Assembly (NCBI RefSeq): GCF_036321535.1 | Contig: NC_087447.1 | Coordinates: 41,728,001 to 41,792,000, forward strand | Direction of reading: 5' to 3' | DNA: 64,000 nt | Origin: Camelus dromedarius | Taxonomy: Eukaryota | Part shown: piece after piece, positions 27,018-40,683 of the stretch | Layout: each line of letters begins with the position of its first letter | How positions within the stretch are numbered: position 1 is the first letter of the stretch | Notes under the pieces: model-generated | What the model was told of the DNA's origin: nothing | The model's input: the letters and a program-made list of their open reading frames with translations, nothing else | Database searches by the model: none | Made by a program: the position numbers and the translations under genes

Positions 27018-27476
27018 ATGGTAGAATTTGCCTGTTGCCTTCTAGTATCTATTTTTTCCTTCCTTCTTCAGAAATAAAACCTTTTTGGTTTTTTAGGAGA
27101 ACAGTTGTCACTTAACTAAGACTTCCTTTTGACTGGGCATGGCTTTGTGACTGGGTTTTGGCCAGTAATATATAAATGAAATTGTTCTTCCAGAGATTCT
27201 CCCTAAATAATCTGTGCCCTTCTCAGTTTGTGCTTGAAACATGTTTGGAGCTCTAACAGATATATTAAACCAGGAGAATGAGAGCCAAACCCTGTAGATA
27301 GTGGAGCAGTCAAGCTGAAGAAGGTAGATCCCTGAAACAATAGATCAGTCATTAATTCTGCACTTCCACTTCTAGACTTCTTTTATATGAAATGAAACAA
27401 ACTTCTCCCATGTTTAAGCTGCTAATATTTTAGGTTTTCTGTTATATGCTGCTGAACCTACTCCAAATGGAGACAC
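27018..27476 (+). mobile_element. MaLR LTR (MLT1J-like)
   Basis: tagacttcttttatatga...tgtttaagctgct...ttttctgttatatgctgctgaaccta end. Confidence 0.6.
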
Positions 27477-29145
27477 TGAATACCCAGACGTATATGGTGC
27501 CACTCTCTGAGATGGAATGGAGCAGGGGAAGATACAGGTTTTGTAGAAATGGTGGAAAATCCCATTTGGTCATGATTAAAATTTACTGTGTCTCTGGAAA
27601 TGCTCAGTAAGGGATATAGATGGCATTAGGATCTTGGGAAAGATTCTGTGTCATCTAGTAGGAGAAGGCAATGTTTGTTTTTAGGAGAATGAAACCTCAG
27701 GGAAAACAGACAGCGTTATAACTTGTTTACTTCTTTTTTGTAGGATAGGAAGTTTGATTTTTTGAGAATTGAGCAGAAAACATAAGGCATGGATTATCTG
27801 TGCTGGTAGTTTTGCTCAAAGGTGGACTTTGAGTTGGAGATAGGGAGTTAGAGATGCAAAAGAATATGGATTTGTGAAGGGACAAATTTTGTAGGTAGAG
27901 GACATGTTTAAACTTCGGGGGTGGGAAGAAATTTAGTACCTGTATTCCTTTAAAGGCTTGGTTGATTTGAAAGGCACAGGTTGCTAGAGATTCTTTAAAT
28001 CTCAGAGATTTCCTGCCTTCTCCTTTATTGAGTTAGATTAGGGAATCCATTGATAGGGACATATTGAATGAGTTATAATGAGAACTTTAGGTATATCATG
28101 CCTGGTTGCGTTGTGCAACAAGCAGGAATCTCTTGTTTAAGGAAGATGAACATGATGACCTTTGCTGTTGTTCAATCAATAACTTTTCCCCTAGTTTAAA
28201 AATAGCCTATTTAAAAATTCTTACACTAAAATGAAGTACATGTTACATAATAATCTTATCTTCAGTTGGAAGGAAACTTTAAAAACATAGTGAAAGTGAT
28301 ACAGCGAGTCATAGGAGAGCATTCTGTTTTAAATGTGTAATTTTCTTTTTATTCTAAAAGGATTGATATATTATGGATACTACCAACATATTAGTGTTTT
28401 TAAGTTGTTTCTAAGAAAGTGGTCTGAAATTTTCATGTGGGAATATTTTTTTCTGCTATATTATTAACAAGGGATAGATATACTGTAGTATCATGGTAAT
28501 AATTTCTATAGTACTTTGAAAGACATAGATATGATTTATTATATTGCAGAAATTCCAGAAAACCCCAGCTGCTTTTTTTCTTCCTCCCTTCCCCTTTCCC
28601 CCCACCTAAATTTTTTCTGTCCTACTACTTCTACCCCTCCTTTGTAAAGTTGCTGATTTCTCAGTGTTACACAATCAGCATGTTTTTGTGATAATTAGTT
28701 TGATTTAAGGTAACTTTTACCAGTCTAGACAGAGATCTGTTTTTCTACATTATACAAAATAACAGTGTTTAGGCAGTGGCCTGGAGTTCTTTGCCAGCAG
28801 ATGCGTTGTGGAGGCTTAGTGTAAATTCATGTAGTTTAAATGAGTATAGTTTTCCTAGCAAGGTAATCTATCTGGGGATTTTTGTCTACTCCGTAGGTTG
28901 GCAACCATAGTTTTGTTCCCCCTAGTGGTAAATATGTGTATTTAATATTTTGTGGTGTTTACCATGCATAGAATTTTAGAGCAAGAAGGGACTTCAAATC
29001 ACTTTATCGGTGAGAGACTGAGATTCAAGAGAAGTTAGAGGATGTGCATAAGGTTATTAGTTAGAGATAGAGCTAAGACAAGCCTGAGATCTCCTGAATA
29101 CCAATGTAGTGTTCTTTTTAAAATAAGACTCATGAAATGTTAAAA

Positions 29146-29185
29146 GAAATAAATAAAATAAAATAAAATAAAATAAAATAAAATA
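29146..29185. repeat. (AAAAT)n microsatellite
   Basis: Read directly. Confidence 0.9.
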
Positions 29186-30259
29186 AGACTCATGGTGTGT
29201 GTATATATCTTTGAAGACTCTCTTAGATTAGTTTGAAGATATTTACTGTGGGAAGATATTTATATTTTGGATTATTTCTATTTATTCATAATTACTGTCG
29301 ATGTCTTTAATGTAGTAGTCTTTTGAGAAAGAAAAAGATCCTTGGAAGAGTGACTGAGATAGGAAGGGAAATGGAAATCATATTTACCTTTGAGAAGGCA
29401 CAGCAGTTGTCTTTAAGTAGTTGAGGGATTACTTGTGGGAGAGGATTGAGCTTATTTTTTAGCTTGTTACATTGAGTGAAGCAAATATTACTGAATCTCT
29501 GGGCTTGCCCCAGGATGGTCTAGTTTCTTTCAGTAGAATAAATGGAATAGGAGGGGATCAGGGCCCTAGAACTAGACTTACCTATAAGGTCATACCCAGA
29601 TTGAGTTCTGTGCTAAAGGAAACTTTAATTCTGGCAGCTCCTATCCATCTGCCCTGGCACAGTGTAGCAACTAAAGACTGCAAGTCAGGAAAGCAGTCAT
29701 CTTCAAGAATAGAGAAGTTTTAAATGATCCCAGAAGTTGTTGGACTAAGTCTAAAGGATGGAGGATATTGCCCTGGAAGGAGGTTTAGAGCCAGCTGACA
29801 TCAGGACACCAGCCATTGGTTGAAAACCATTTGAGTACTGGATTTAGGATGACTCGGATTCACATTTGTGTTCTTCCACTTATTTATACAATGTGACTTT
29901 GGGAACATTACCTGGTATGTAAATTCATTTCTTTATGTGTAAACTGGAGATTAGTATTTTTATTTCATAGCTTGTTACAATTAACTGCCTTATGTGTAGT
30001 AACTGTACTATAAATATTGGTTGGATCCGATCTGAGAGTGACTGACTTGAGCAAAAACAAAACACCAGTCCTAGGGAGATTTGGATTCTGAGCATATATT
30101 TCAATATATGGAAGAACTTTCTAATAATTTAAGAAGTAGTAATTTCATTTTTACTTAGAGATGTTCAGGCAGAGGATGAACAACTGTTTGGGGATATTGT
30201 GGAAGATAGTTAAACATTGAATTGAATTGTTATACTTTTATTTAATCATCAGATATGAT

Positions 30260-33080
30260 ATATAAAACATGAGAAGAACAATAGTTTATTCTATGTACTT
30301 ATGTTTTGTTCTGCCCATTGTTCTTCCTTCCTGATGCTCCAGTACTGCTTCCTTTATCCTTTCCTTTCTGTTTGAACAATTTCCTTTACCTGATCTTTAA
30401 GAATAGGTCTGCTAGTGATGATTTCTTTTAGTTTTTTTAGTTTTTCTTCATCTGAGAACATCTGGATTTCTCCTTCATTCCTAAAGGATAGTTTTGCTGG
30501 AAATAGAATTTATAGTTAACAGTTCTTTATTTCAGCACTTGAAAAATATTGTACCACTTCCTTTTGACCTCCATGGTTTCTGATGTAAAATTTGCAGTCA
30601 TTTGAATTGATGTTATCCTATAGGCAATATATTGTTTTTCTCTTGCTTCTTTCCAGATTTTTTTCTTTTTAGTTTTCAGAAGTCTAATAATCTTCTTGGT
30701 GTAAATTTCTTTGAATTTATCCCATTTGCAGTTCACTCAACTTCTTGAATTTTTTGTGTGTTTTGCCAAATTTGGAAGTGTTTCATCCATTGCTATCTCT
30801 GAGCACTCTTTCAGTCCACTCCCTCTTCTTCTAGTAGTCTAGTGATATGAGTATTAGATATTTTGATATGGTTCCATGGGTCCCCAAAGCTCTTTTTTTT
30901 AAAATATTTTTATTTTCTCTCAGTTGTTCAGATTGGGTAAATTCTATTGATCTGTCCCAAAGTTCGCTAGTTCTATCCTTTGACTTCTCTATTCTACCAT
31001 TGAACCCATCTACTGAGATTTTTATTTTGGTTATTTTATTTTTAGTTTTATAATTTCCATTTGGTTTATAACTTCTGTTTCTTTGCTGATATTTTCTATT
31101 TTTTCATTTGTTTCAAAAGAATTTGGGGTTGATTATTGATGAATTTTTATGACAACTGCTTTAAAATCCTTGTCATATATTCTAACAACTGATCCATGTT
31201 TGTGATGGCATCAGTTGATTGTCTTACCAGGTTTTTATTTTCCAGGTTCTTGGTATGATGGGTGATTTTAAATTATATCCTGGATATTTTGGCTGCTGAG
31301 TTAGTTCTTCTGTTTGGATTTAGCACATAGACCATGGTCTAATTTTGTGAGCTGCTGTTCCAGTGGCAGTCGAATTGTCAGGCTTTTGCAGTGTTATTTT
31401 GGTCTTGGTTTATCTAGTCCTCCCCCTGGTTCATGCTAGTGCTGTCTGAGATGGCAGATGTTCCCCAGGCTAGGGTGTCTGATGTCCTTTGGTAGGGACA
31501 GGCAATCTCAGACCCACAGGGCCTAAAATGTTGAGTTGGTAGTTTTTTTTTTTTCCTTCAGTATTTTAAAGATGTGACTCCATTGTTTTCTGACTTGTAT
31601 TGCTTATAACAAGAAGTCTGCTGTCATTCTTTCTTTTGTACTCTTCCTAACATGTCTCTTTTCTGTTTCAAAGATTTTCTCTTTATTAAGATGTATTATA
31701 TTTTTATAAGATTTAAAAAATCTTTTAAAGTAATTTGACTGTGATGTCCCTTGGTGTAATTTTTCCTGTTTTGAGGGGTTTGGGGTTTTTTTTGTGCTTG
31801 TTGATCATTGGGTTTATAGTTTCTGTCAAATTTGGAAAAATGAAATTTCATCAAATTTTATTACTTATTACTTCAGCTATTTTTTGTGGCTCCCCCCCTC
31901 CCCTGGGGACTTCTGTTACATACATATTAGGCCAGTAGAAGCTGTCCCACAGCACACTGATGCTCTGTTCATTTTCTTCCTGTCTGTTTGTCTCTCTTGC
32001 TTTCATATTGGAGAGTTTCTATTTCTATAATTTCAAGTTTATTAATCTTTTTTTCTGTAGTGTGTAATTCATAAATTTTATCCAGTGTATTTTTCATGTC
32101 TGTATTCCTGAAAATATGGAACAAAGTTATAATAACTTTGAATATCCTTATCTCCTAATTTCATTATCTGTCAATTTAGAGTGTTTCAGTTGATTGATTT
32201 TTCACCTCATTATGGCTCATACTTGTCTGTTTCTTTTCACCCCTGGTGGTTTTTACTTTGATGTTAGACATTGTGCATTTTACTCTGTTGAGTGCTGGAT
32301 ATTTTGATTTTTCTATAAGTATTCTTAAACTTTGTTCTGGGATGTAACTAAAGCACTTGGAAATAGCTTGATCTTTTCAAGGCTTGTTAGGTGGGCCCAC
32401 AGCAGCATTTAGTCTAGGGATGACTTTTTGACACTACTGAGGTAATACTCTTCTGAATTCTCTACTTGAAGCATTGAGAATCATGGCAGTTTTTGTTTCT
32501 TTGCTTGTTTTGTTTTTCTGTTCTTTGCATCCACTGCCCCCCCCCCCCCCCCCCCGATTGGCTGTTGGAAACACAAACTGTTCCTGGCCTTGTGTGAGCT
32601 CTGGGAATCATTCTCTCTGTTCCTTTCATGTGATTTATTCTTTGTCCTCAGGTGGTTTTCTCATACTCAAATACAAATCAGTACTCAGCTGAAGACTCAG
32701 GTAGATCCTCTGCAGATCTCTAAACTTCTCTTTTCCTATGAATCTCACTTCTCTTTGGTACTCTGCCCTGTGAACTCTAAGATCCTTGGCTTTTCTGTAC
32801 CCTCAACTCTATTGCTTCAGCTCAGGGAAGCTGTTGGACTTCACTTGGATTCCCCTTTCCTGTCCTGCAGTTTGGAAACTCTTACCAGGAAGTAAGCTGG
32901 GGCAATAGTAGGGCTCACTTAATTTGTTTACTTTCTCTTGTGGTTCACTGTCATCTGCTGCCTCATGTTAGTGTTCGAAAACTATTGTTTCATGTATTTT
33001 GTCTGCTTTCTCAGTTGTTGCAGGTTAGAGGGTAAATTCAATCCTCATCACTCCCATTTTGCGTAAGGTGGGAGTCCCTA
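30260..33080 (-). mobile_element. Old L1M 5' region/ORF1 remnants (at least two pieces)
   Basis: ORF 30527-30736 gives KIWKEAREKQYIAYR..IQMTANFTSETMEVKRKWYNIFQVLK, the L1 ORF1p C-terminal motif. Confidence 0.75.
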
Positions 33081-35049
33081 AAGTAATTGTTTTGGAATAT
33101 TTTATTCTGTAGCCAGTGGGAGAACCATTTAATAGTTTTGATCAAGGGAGTTAGCAAGGTGAACTTTGACTTTGCAGAGCTTATTTCCATACTGCTGGAA
33201 GCTTGAGCATGTTGGAGTGAAGGGAGATGATGAGGCTGTTGCTGTCATCTAGGTATAAGACGATGAGTTTATGAGTTTGAACTATTGAAGTGATTTTGAA
33301 TGATACTGAGGTAGGACACATTTGATAGATATTTAGAGATATAGACTTGATAAGACTTTCTTTTTTTAAATATTGATATACAACTATATAGTTTTTACAA
33401 CATTTCAGGCTGCAAACAGTTTTTCATTCATTGCTGTTAAAGAAGGCATTTTTATTCAGTAAGAAGATGCAATCTGAGGAACTATTAAAAAGTTAAATCA
33501 TATATTTAGTTTTATTTTCAATTTGTACTCTTTTTTCTCTTTTCCTAAATCTTGACATTTAATCTCTCAATCACTGGCCTTATACACTAACATAAATTAT
33601 GAATTTCATAGAAACTAAGGTTGTGTAACTGTCGTTGACTTACTATTTTTAATAATATACCTTGTTTTCTCTGTATTCTGTTCAATTTTTAAATGCATTC
33701 TTTTTCACTTCTTTAAAAGCCTGTAGGCTTTTTTGGCTGAATTTAACTCCAGAAAAAAATAGTTTGTGTGTTCTAAATAAGCCTTCTAAATAATAGGAGA
33801 TTATACTGGAAAATCGGAAAATCATATTGCATTCCTATCTAAATTTTTGAATAACCACAGAAAGGCTTGTTTCAGACTTCTTTGATTAAATGCTAAATGG
33901 ATCAAATATGAAAGCCTTTTGTGGAATGATTTCCTGCATGCTTTCTTTTCAGTGACTGAACAATTTTTATTTTCCTTATCCTTTGAAAGTTGGTCTTTAC
34001 TGGCACAATTAGAATTCCTTGTTTTGGTGAGCTTTGATTTTTCTGATTATTTTAGCTTTATAGCATAAGTCTTCTGGTGAACAAAAAAAATTTTTAAAAA
34101 TTATCATTTGCTAAAAAGCAGATTTTATAAATCAAAGATGGGAAGCTTGGGACCTCAAGTTGAATATGATCCTCATCTTAATTTTACCTGTGAACAGGTA
34201 AATCAGATTACTGTTGATCAGCTTCTACCCTGTTAAGATGTGTAGATCAATAATATGTTCCTGAGAGGTCAGAAGTTCTGATTTTCTAGCATTGTGCTTT
34301 TCCTTTAGTTGTTTCTCCTGAGGATGATATTCTCATTGAAGGAGAGGTGCTAGTCACAGTGCTGAAATTGCAAGCAGATTGTTTTGGGGGTAGAATGGAA
34401 ATAATGAAAGACTGGTGCCAGTGTCAGTAATGTATATATAGCATGTCTTGACCAAGACTTTTCCCTTGTGGAAATTTTAACTCAAGTTGGGAAAATAAAT
34501 TTTAATCAGACTTATGCTAATGTTGATGAAGTTTTTTTTGGAAAATATTTTCTGGAGGAACTTCTTGGATGATTTTTTTAATATAACATAAATAATTTCC
34601 ACTTTTTCATTTTTATTTTTATTTTACTGAAATAGTTTTTGAGACTTTGTCAACACCCATCAAACTGTTAAAATGGTCACATTTTATGATATGTGTGCCC
34701 TCACTTAAAAAGAATTTGACTAATATAAATACAGTGGGTAAGAGACATAGGGTCCAAAACATGTATGTGCTAGGCTAAACTAAAGAAATTTAACACTTAT
34801 AACTTGAGTCTGAAATGCTTTTTGTACAGGTACAGGATAGCATCAAAACATGTTTAAAAATGTACATGTCTCATTCAGAAGAGTCTTGTGGTCACCAGAA
34901 GACCTAATACAACACCAGGCTTGTTAATAGCAGCTATTTAGAACTGTTCACTTCGACCAGCTCAGTAACCTCAAGTACTGTGTTCAGCTCTGAGTACTAC
35001 TCAGGCAAATTGGCACACACTTATTCTGTTACAGTCATCATGGGCATCA

Positions 35050-35300
35050 TCATCACCAACACTTATATTGCATTTACCATGTGCCAAGTGCTTGTTGAAA
35101 CACTTTACATGTATATTAACTCATATTTTTCCTAACAAGAGCTCTTAAGAGGTAGGTAATAGTATCTCTGTTTTATGTGTGGGAAAAAATGAAGCACAAA
35201 GAAGTAATGCAATTTTCACAGTGTCACGTAGTAAGTAAATGACAGAACTGGACTAGAATTCAGGTAGTGTAGATCTCCACTTTATGTTCTTAACCTTGTA
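35050..35300 (-). mobile_element. MIR SINE
   Basis: aacacttatattgcatttaccatgtgccaag...cactttacatgtatattaactcat. Confidence 0.7.
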
Positions 35301-35601
35301 AAAAGAAATCATGCTGAGATCCATGGGACAAATTTTTTTTTAATTAAATATTGAAAATATTTAAGTTGAAAAAGAAAAGATCAGAGGAGTCATGGAGGAA
35401 GAGGTACAGAATAAGATTTTTGTTAGTTATTTTCAAATATTGAAGGGCTATCATGTAGAAACGGGACTGAATATAACCTGTATAGTCCCAAGAAGGAGGA
35501 CTGTGACAAACAGTAGATATTATAACAAATTTTTTTCTAGTTTTTCTTTCATGCCAACCAAATCAAATACCTACTAATGTAATGAAATATTTGTTACCAA
35601 A

Positions 35602-36043
35602 TATTTTAGTTTTTTAGGGCTGCTGTGACAGAGTACTAAAACTTGAGTAGCTTAAAACAACAGAAATTTATTTTTCACAGTTCTAGAGGTTAGAAGACCA
35701 AAATCAGGGTGTCGGCAAGGTTGGTTCTTTCTGGAGGGTTCTGAGGGAGAGTGTGGTCCATGCCTCTCTCCTAGGTTTGGTAGTTGCACTCAGTCTTTGG
35801 CATTCTCTGACTTGGAGCTGTAACACTCCAGTCTCTGCTTTTGTCTTCACATGGAGGTTTCCCTGTGTTTCTGTCTGTGTCTCTGTTTTCTCTTCCTCCA
35901 GAGTACCGGCCGTTGGATTAGGGCCTACCCTAATCTAGTGTGACCTTATCTTAACTAATTATATCTTCTAAGATTGTATTTCCAAATAAAGTTTCATTGT
36001 GAGATAGACATGAACCTTTGGGGTATACTATCAACCTAGTATA
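35602..36043 (-). mobile_element. MaLR LTR (MLT1B/C-like)
   Basis: agggctgctgtgacagagtac...cttaaaacaacagaaatttattttt...ttggattagggcctaccctaat...tatttccaaataa. Confidence 0.8.
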
Positions 36044-36589
36044 CTTTATAACTAAATATATTTCCTATCTTCTGGGGCTTAGAAAGAGTTTAAAATTACT
36101 CAAATTAATTTAAAGATACCTATCTTTTTATTAAAACCCAAAATGTATGTATAGAGAGAGCCAGAGAAGGAAGAGAGAAATAGTTATTATCCTTAAATTT
36201 TAACAGAGACAGTCGTTTTCTCAGTTCGTATTTACATAATACATTTAGTGCTTTAAAAAATAATTTGATAGATTGGTGTTAATACTGCACGTCATAATTA
36301 AAGTTTCCCTTTGTCAGTTGCTCAGAAAGATCTATGATAACCATCCAGAGGTAGAACAGGCTGCCTTGAGATACGACACATTTCAATCAATATCTTTTAA
36401 GCACAGACAAGAACATGCTCAAATAAAGAGAAAACTATTACAGGAGGAAAGTGTACATTATATATGCATTATGCTAGAGCTCTTTCATCCTTCCATAGAT
36501 GATAATAGATTCCATTTTGACTGTAGGCAAAATTTAAAGAAGATGGATTTCTCCCAGATTGTCTTAACTCTCTGGTAGCAGAAGTATTT

Positions 36590-37455
36590 ACTCATTTAAA
36601 CACCACTGCAATAAGAATAAAAAAAATTTCCATCACTTAAAAAAATTCCTTTGTGCCTCTTTTATTCAAGTGGGTCCCTAATATCCATCCCTAGCCCTAT
36701 GTAACCACTAATCTGCTATCTATTACTATAGGTAAGATTTGTCTTTTTTGCAACTTGATAGGAATGGAATCCTGTAGTATGTACTCATTTGTGTTTTGCT
36801 TCTTTTGATCTGCATAATTATTTTGAGATTTATCCGTGTTGTTGCATATATCAGCAGTTTTTTACTTTTTAGTGTTGAATTATATTCCACTATATGGATA
36901 CACCACAATTTATTTATTCATCTACCTATTAATGGCCCTAAGCATTTCATGATTTTTGATGCTATGGCATATAGTTTTAAAATTTTTAGTTTTTATTGTT
37001 AGTATATAGAAATATACTACTATATAGAAATATAATCAGTTTTTTGTATCGACCCTTTGAAGTCTTGCTAAACTCATTTATTAGTTCTAGTAGCTTTAAA
37101 AAATTTCTTAGGATTTTCTATGGGTTATTTTCAAATAAAGACAATATTACTTATGCTTTTCCCATTTGTATACCTTCTATGTCTTTTTCTTATTTTATTG
37201 TACTGATTTGCATTTCCAGTACAATGTTGAATATAAATCATTGTAGTGGACATCCTTTTTCTGTGTCTTAATAGAAAAGCATTTACGTTTGTATCCAGTA
37301 AGTATGATGTTAGCCATAGGCTTTTTATAAATGCTTACCATGATAAAATCATATTGAGGATGTTTTGTTATTTGCTGAGTGTTTTTTTTTTTAATCATAA
37401 ATGGGTATTGAATGTTGTCAGATGTTTTTCTGCATCTGTTGAGACAGCCACATGG
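36590..37455 (-). mobile_element. Old L1 3' end plus ORF2 fragments
   Basis: Minus-strand peptides MWCIHIVEYNS..K; IYKKPMANIIL.G. Confidence 0.7.
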
Positions 37456-38727
37456 ATTTTCTTTTATTGTCTACTTTATTTATTGATTCTAATGACAGTA
37501 GCACATTGTCTTGATTTCTGTAGCTTTAATTGTAAATCTTTAAGTCAGGTAGCATATGTTCTTTTCCTCTCAAATTTTATTCTACTCCCTGCAGTTTTTC
37601 CTAAACTGCTCCAGCAATTTTAGACCTTGCTGTGGAAATGTTGTTCTTGCCCTTCCATTTTGAGCTGCTGCTCTCAAGTTGGCCATTCTACTTTCCAGTG
37701 AATACATGTTGGCTATTTTAGGGTCCTCCTGTTCTCAAACCATTATCATTGTTTCTTTCTTAATCCTGCACAGATGCTGATATTTTGCAGGTTTTATGGA
37801 TGTTAGAGGTTTTTCTCCAATTGGAGTATTTTGAGGGTATCTTTTCACCTAGTTTTCTTATAAATATTGTCCATGAGTATTTGGTTGTATTACCTTTAAA
37901 AAAATAGTAAAAAATGCATAAAATAAAATTGATAATCTTAAAGATTTTAAAATATACAGTATAGCAGTATTAACTAATATGTAACATATATATGTGCACA
38001 TTGTTTTGCAACAGATCCCTAGAACTTTTTCATCTTGCAAAACTGAAACTCTATACCCATTGAACAAAACCTCTTTCCTCTCTTCCCTAGCCCCTGTCAA
38101 CCACCATTCTACTTTCTGTTTCTAAAAGTATGGCTACGTTACGTTTGTCATATAAGAGGGATCTTGAAGTATTTGGCTTATTTCACTTAGCATAATGTCC
38201 TCAAAATTCATCCATGTTGTAGCATATGACAAGATTTCTTTATTTTTTAAGGCTAAATAATATTCCATGTATGTATGTACTACATTTTCTTTATCCATTC
38301 GTCTGTTAATAGACGTTTTGGTTGCTTCTACCTCTTGGCTGTTGTGAATAATGCTGCAGTGGACATGGGTGTGCAAATATCTCTTTGAGATTCTGTTTTC
38401 AATTCTTACATACCCAGAAGTGGGATTGTTGGATTATATGGTCATTCTATTTTTTATTTTTTGAGGAACCTCCATACTGTTTTCTATAATGGCAGAACTA
38501 TTTTACATCCAAGACAACAGCACACGAGAGTTCCAATTTCTTTGCATCCTCACTAACACTTGTTTTCTGGAATTTTAATAGTGGCCATCCTAACCTGTGT
38601 GAGGTAGTATCTCCTTGTGGTTTTGCCTTGCATTTCCCTAATGCTTAGTAATGTTGAGCATCTCATCATATACTTGCTGGCCATTTGTATGTCTTCTTTG
38701 CAGAAATGTTTATGTAAGTCCTTTGCC

Positions 38728-39803
38728 ATTTTTTTTTTTTCAGAGAGAATAGCAACTGGGGTGCATTTATTTCCTCCTGGGCCTGGCAGGCTGGGAGCAG
38801 AATACAGACAAAGGCACTGGGGCATGTGGGCCTGTTAATGGCCTGGAGTTCGACTGCCTGGGTGGTAACTGAATGGGCGTAGGGACTGGAGTGATACTTC
38901 CAGAATTGAGAGAAGGGCCCTTGGGGTGTGAAAGCAACACAAGTTTTGGGCTTGGCACAGGTGCAAGAGAGGGGTTACAGAGTGGGTGTGAGATGGGTGT
39001 GTTGGGGCAGGGCGTGTTGGGGCATGTTGGGCTCTGGCTTTTGACTGAGAGCCAGGTACTGAGGGCTCAGAGAACAGAAAGGCCTGTGGGTCAGCGGGGC
39101 CTGTGAAGATGTGACTGCAGACAGGATCAGCCCTGGAAGAGACTGAAGAGTCCAAGGTGAATCCTACAGTGAGGTGATGAGGAGGCAGGTCTGGGGCTCC
39201 CCTTCAGGAATACATGGTCAGCTGCAGCCACTCCTGGATGTTCACCTGGATTTGTCCAGTACCATCTTTGTCAAGAGATTTGAAGGCACGGAACATGGCA
39301 TCCACTCTGACCAGGCAGCTGATGAAATTGTCAAAATCCATGTTCCCTCCCTCCTCTAAGTAGCATCGGATGATCATATTGTAGAGATGCTCATTCAGAG
39401 GGAACCCTGCTGCCTCAAAGGCTCCTGGGAGTTCACTGCTGCCAATGGTCCCTGAACAGTCAACGTCAAACTGTTTGTATATGGACTGCCACTTTCTGAT
39501 GTTGTTCCACAACTACTTGAATTCCTTGAAAGCCAGCTTGCCAGTTGTGTCACTGTCCATCACGGCCACCATGCTGCGACATGTGTCAATGCCAAAACCA
39601 TCTGTCTTCAGATCAGGATGTCAGGTCACGACTTTGTTGAGAATGTTCATGACTTTTGTGGCACTGACCTCCATGGCATCTCCAGCCAGCTGGGCAAAGA
39701 GCCTCCCAAACTGCCGGACCTTCTCCTTCTCATTGGCCCCGATGTTGGAGTAATGGGTGCGAGGGGGCGGGGACTCTGGGTTGTACTGCGCAGCCGCCTC
39801 ACT
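38728..39803 (-). pseudogene. CAPNS1: Processed pseudogene of calpain small subunit 1 (penta-EF-hand domain, 3'UTR and poly(A))
   Basis: The minus strand reads EAAAQYNPESPPPRTHYSNIGANEKEKVRQFGRLFAQLAGDAMEVSA...GFGIDTCRSMVAVMDSDTTGKL...WLQLTMYS* without introns (stop at 39204-39206). Two nonsense codons: TGA at 39621-39623 and TAG at 39513-39515. AATAAA at 38765-38770, poly(A) at 38728-38740. Confidence 0.95.
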
Positions 39804-40683
39804 GCTCCCTCCGTCTCATCAGTCCTCGCCTGTCCCTACCCTTGCTGCCCTGGTTGTGCCCCCACGGTAGGATCCTCTTTTGCCAGGGCACACCTACCCA
39901 ATGGCAGACTCAAAAGACCTAGCCCCTCCGAGGGCTTGCTTCATAGAAGCTTGGCCGCAACCTTCCCTCAGCTTCACCCTTCTCAGGTCCCACCTGTCTA
40001 GGAACCTACTTCATCTCCATGACTTCTGAACAGTTGTTTTGTCCCAACATCCCACCCCAGCTCCAATAGTTCTCACCCCTTCAAAGGACCACACTCTATG
40101 CTGTACACCAGAAATTAACACAACACTGTAAACCGACTATACTGCCATTAAAAAAAAAGATCACATTCAGTGGCCAAGATTAATTAGGCCTTTATGGATC
40201 ACATGCCATACCTCCACCTGGACATTATTCTATTTTAGTCCAGCCGATTCCCAGCCATGCTCTGCTCCTTCAAGTCCATTCCCTTGTCTCATTAGGCCTA
40301 GACCTCTTCTAGATATACCTTCTCATTAACCCATCTACGGGCCATGCCACGCCCATAAGGAAAGCCTTGCCCCCATTAATTGATACTTAGCATCATTGGC
40401 TCTGCCCCCTTAACGTTTGTCTCAGGTTAGGGGAAGTTAGCCACGCCAGACCCATTAAGCCCCACCTCCCAAAACCCCGCCGGGTCCCATCAGATTGTGT
40501 CCCCTCAACAGTCAGACTGAGTCCATGTCAAGCCCCGCCCCCATGAACTCATTAGGGCCAGCCCCCTCAAGGCCGGCCTCCTAGCCCAGTCCCCGCCCAG
40601 CCTAAATAAGGCTCCTGGTCAGTGTCCAGGTTACCCCATTCTACTCTTGCTGGACAAGCCTCCTCCTCCAGGCCTCACCCCTC
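39804..40683 (-). other. GC-rich non-coding 5' extension co-inserted with the CAPNS1 retrocopy
   Basis: Lies inside the same target-site duplication (cctttgccatt at 38720 / cctttgcctatt at 40684); GC boxes near 40532 and 40590; composition unlike the host intron. Confidence 0.75.
40097..40158 (+). mobile_element. Very short L1 3' tail with TSD
   Basis: tatgctgtacaccagaaattaacacaacactgtaaaccgactatact plus an A-run; imperfect TSD aaaggaccacactc / aaagatcacattc. Confidence 0.7.

Noticed and set aside
39204..39512. 102-aa ORF as a functional calpain small subunit gene (CAPNS2-like retrogene)
   Set aside because: Starts at TTG directly after a nonsense codon, with a second stop upstream; poly(A) and TSD mark it as a processed pseudogene
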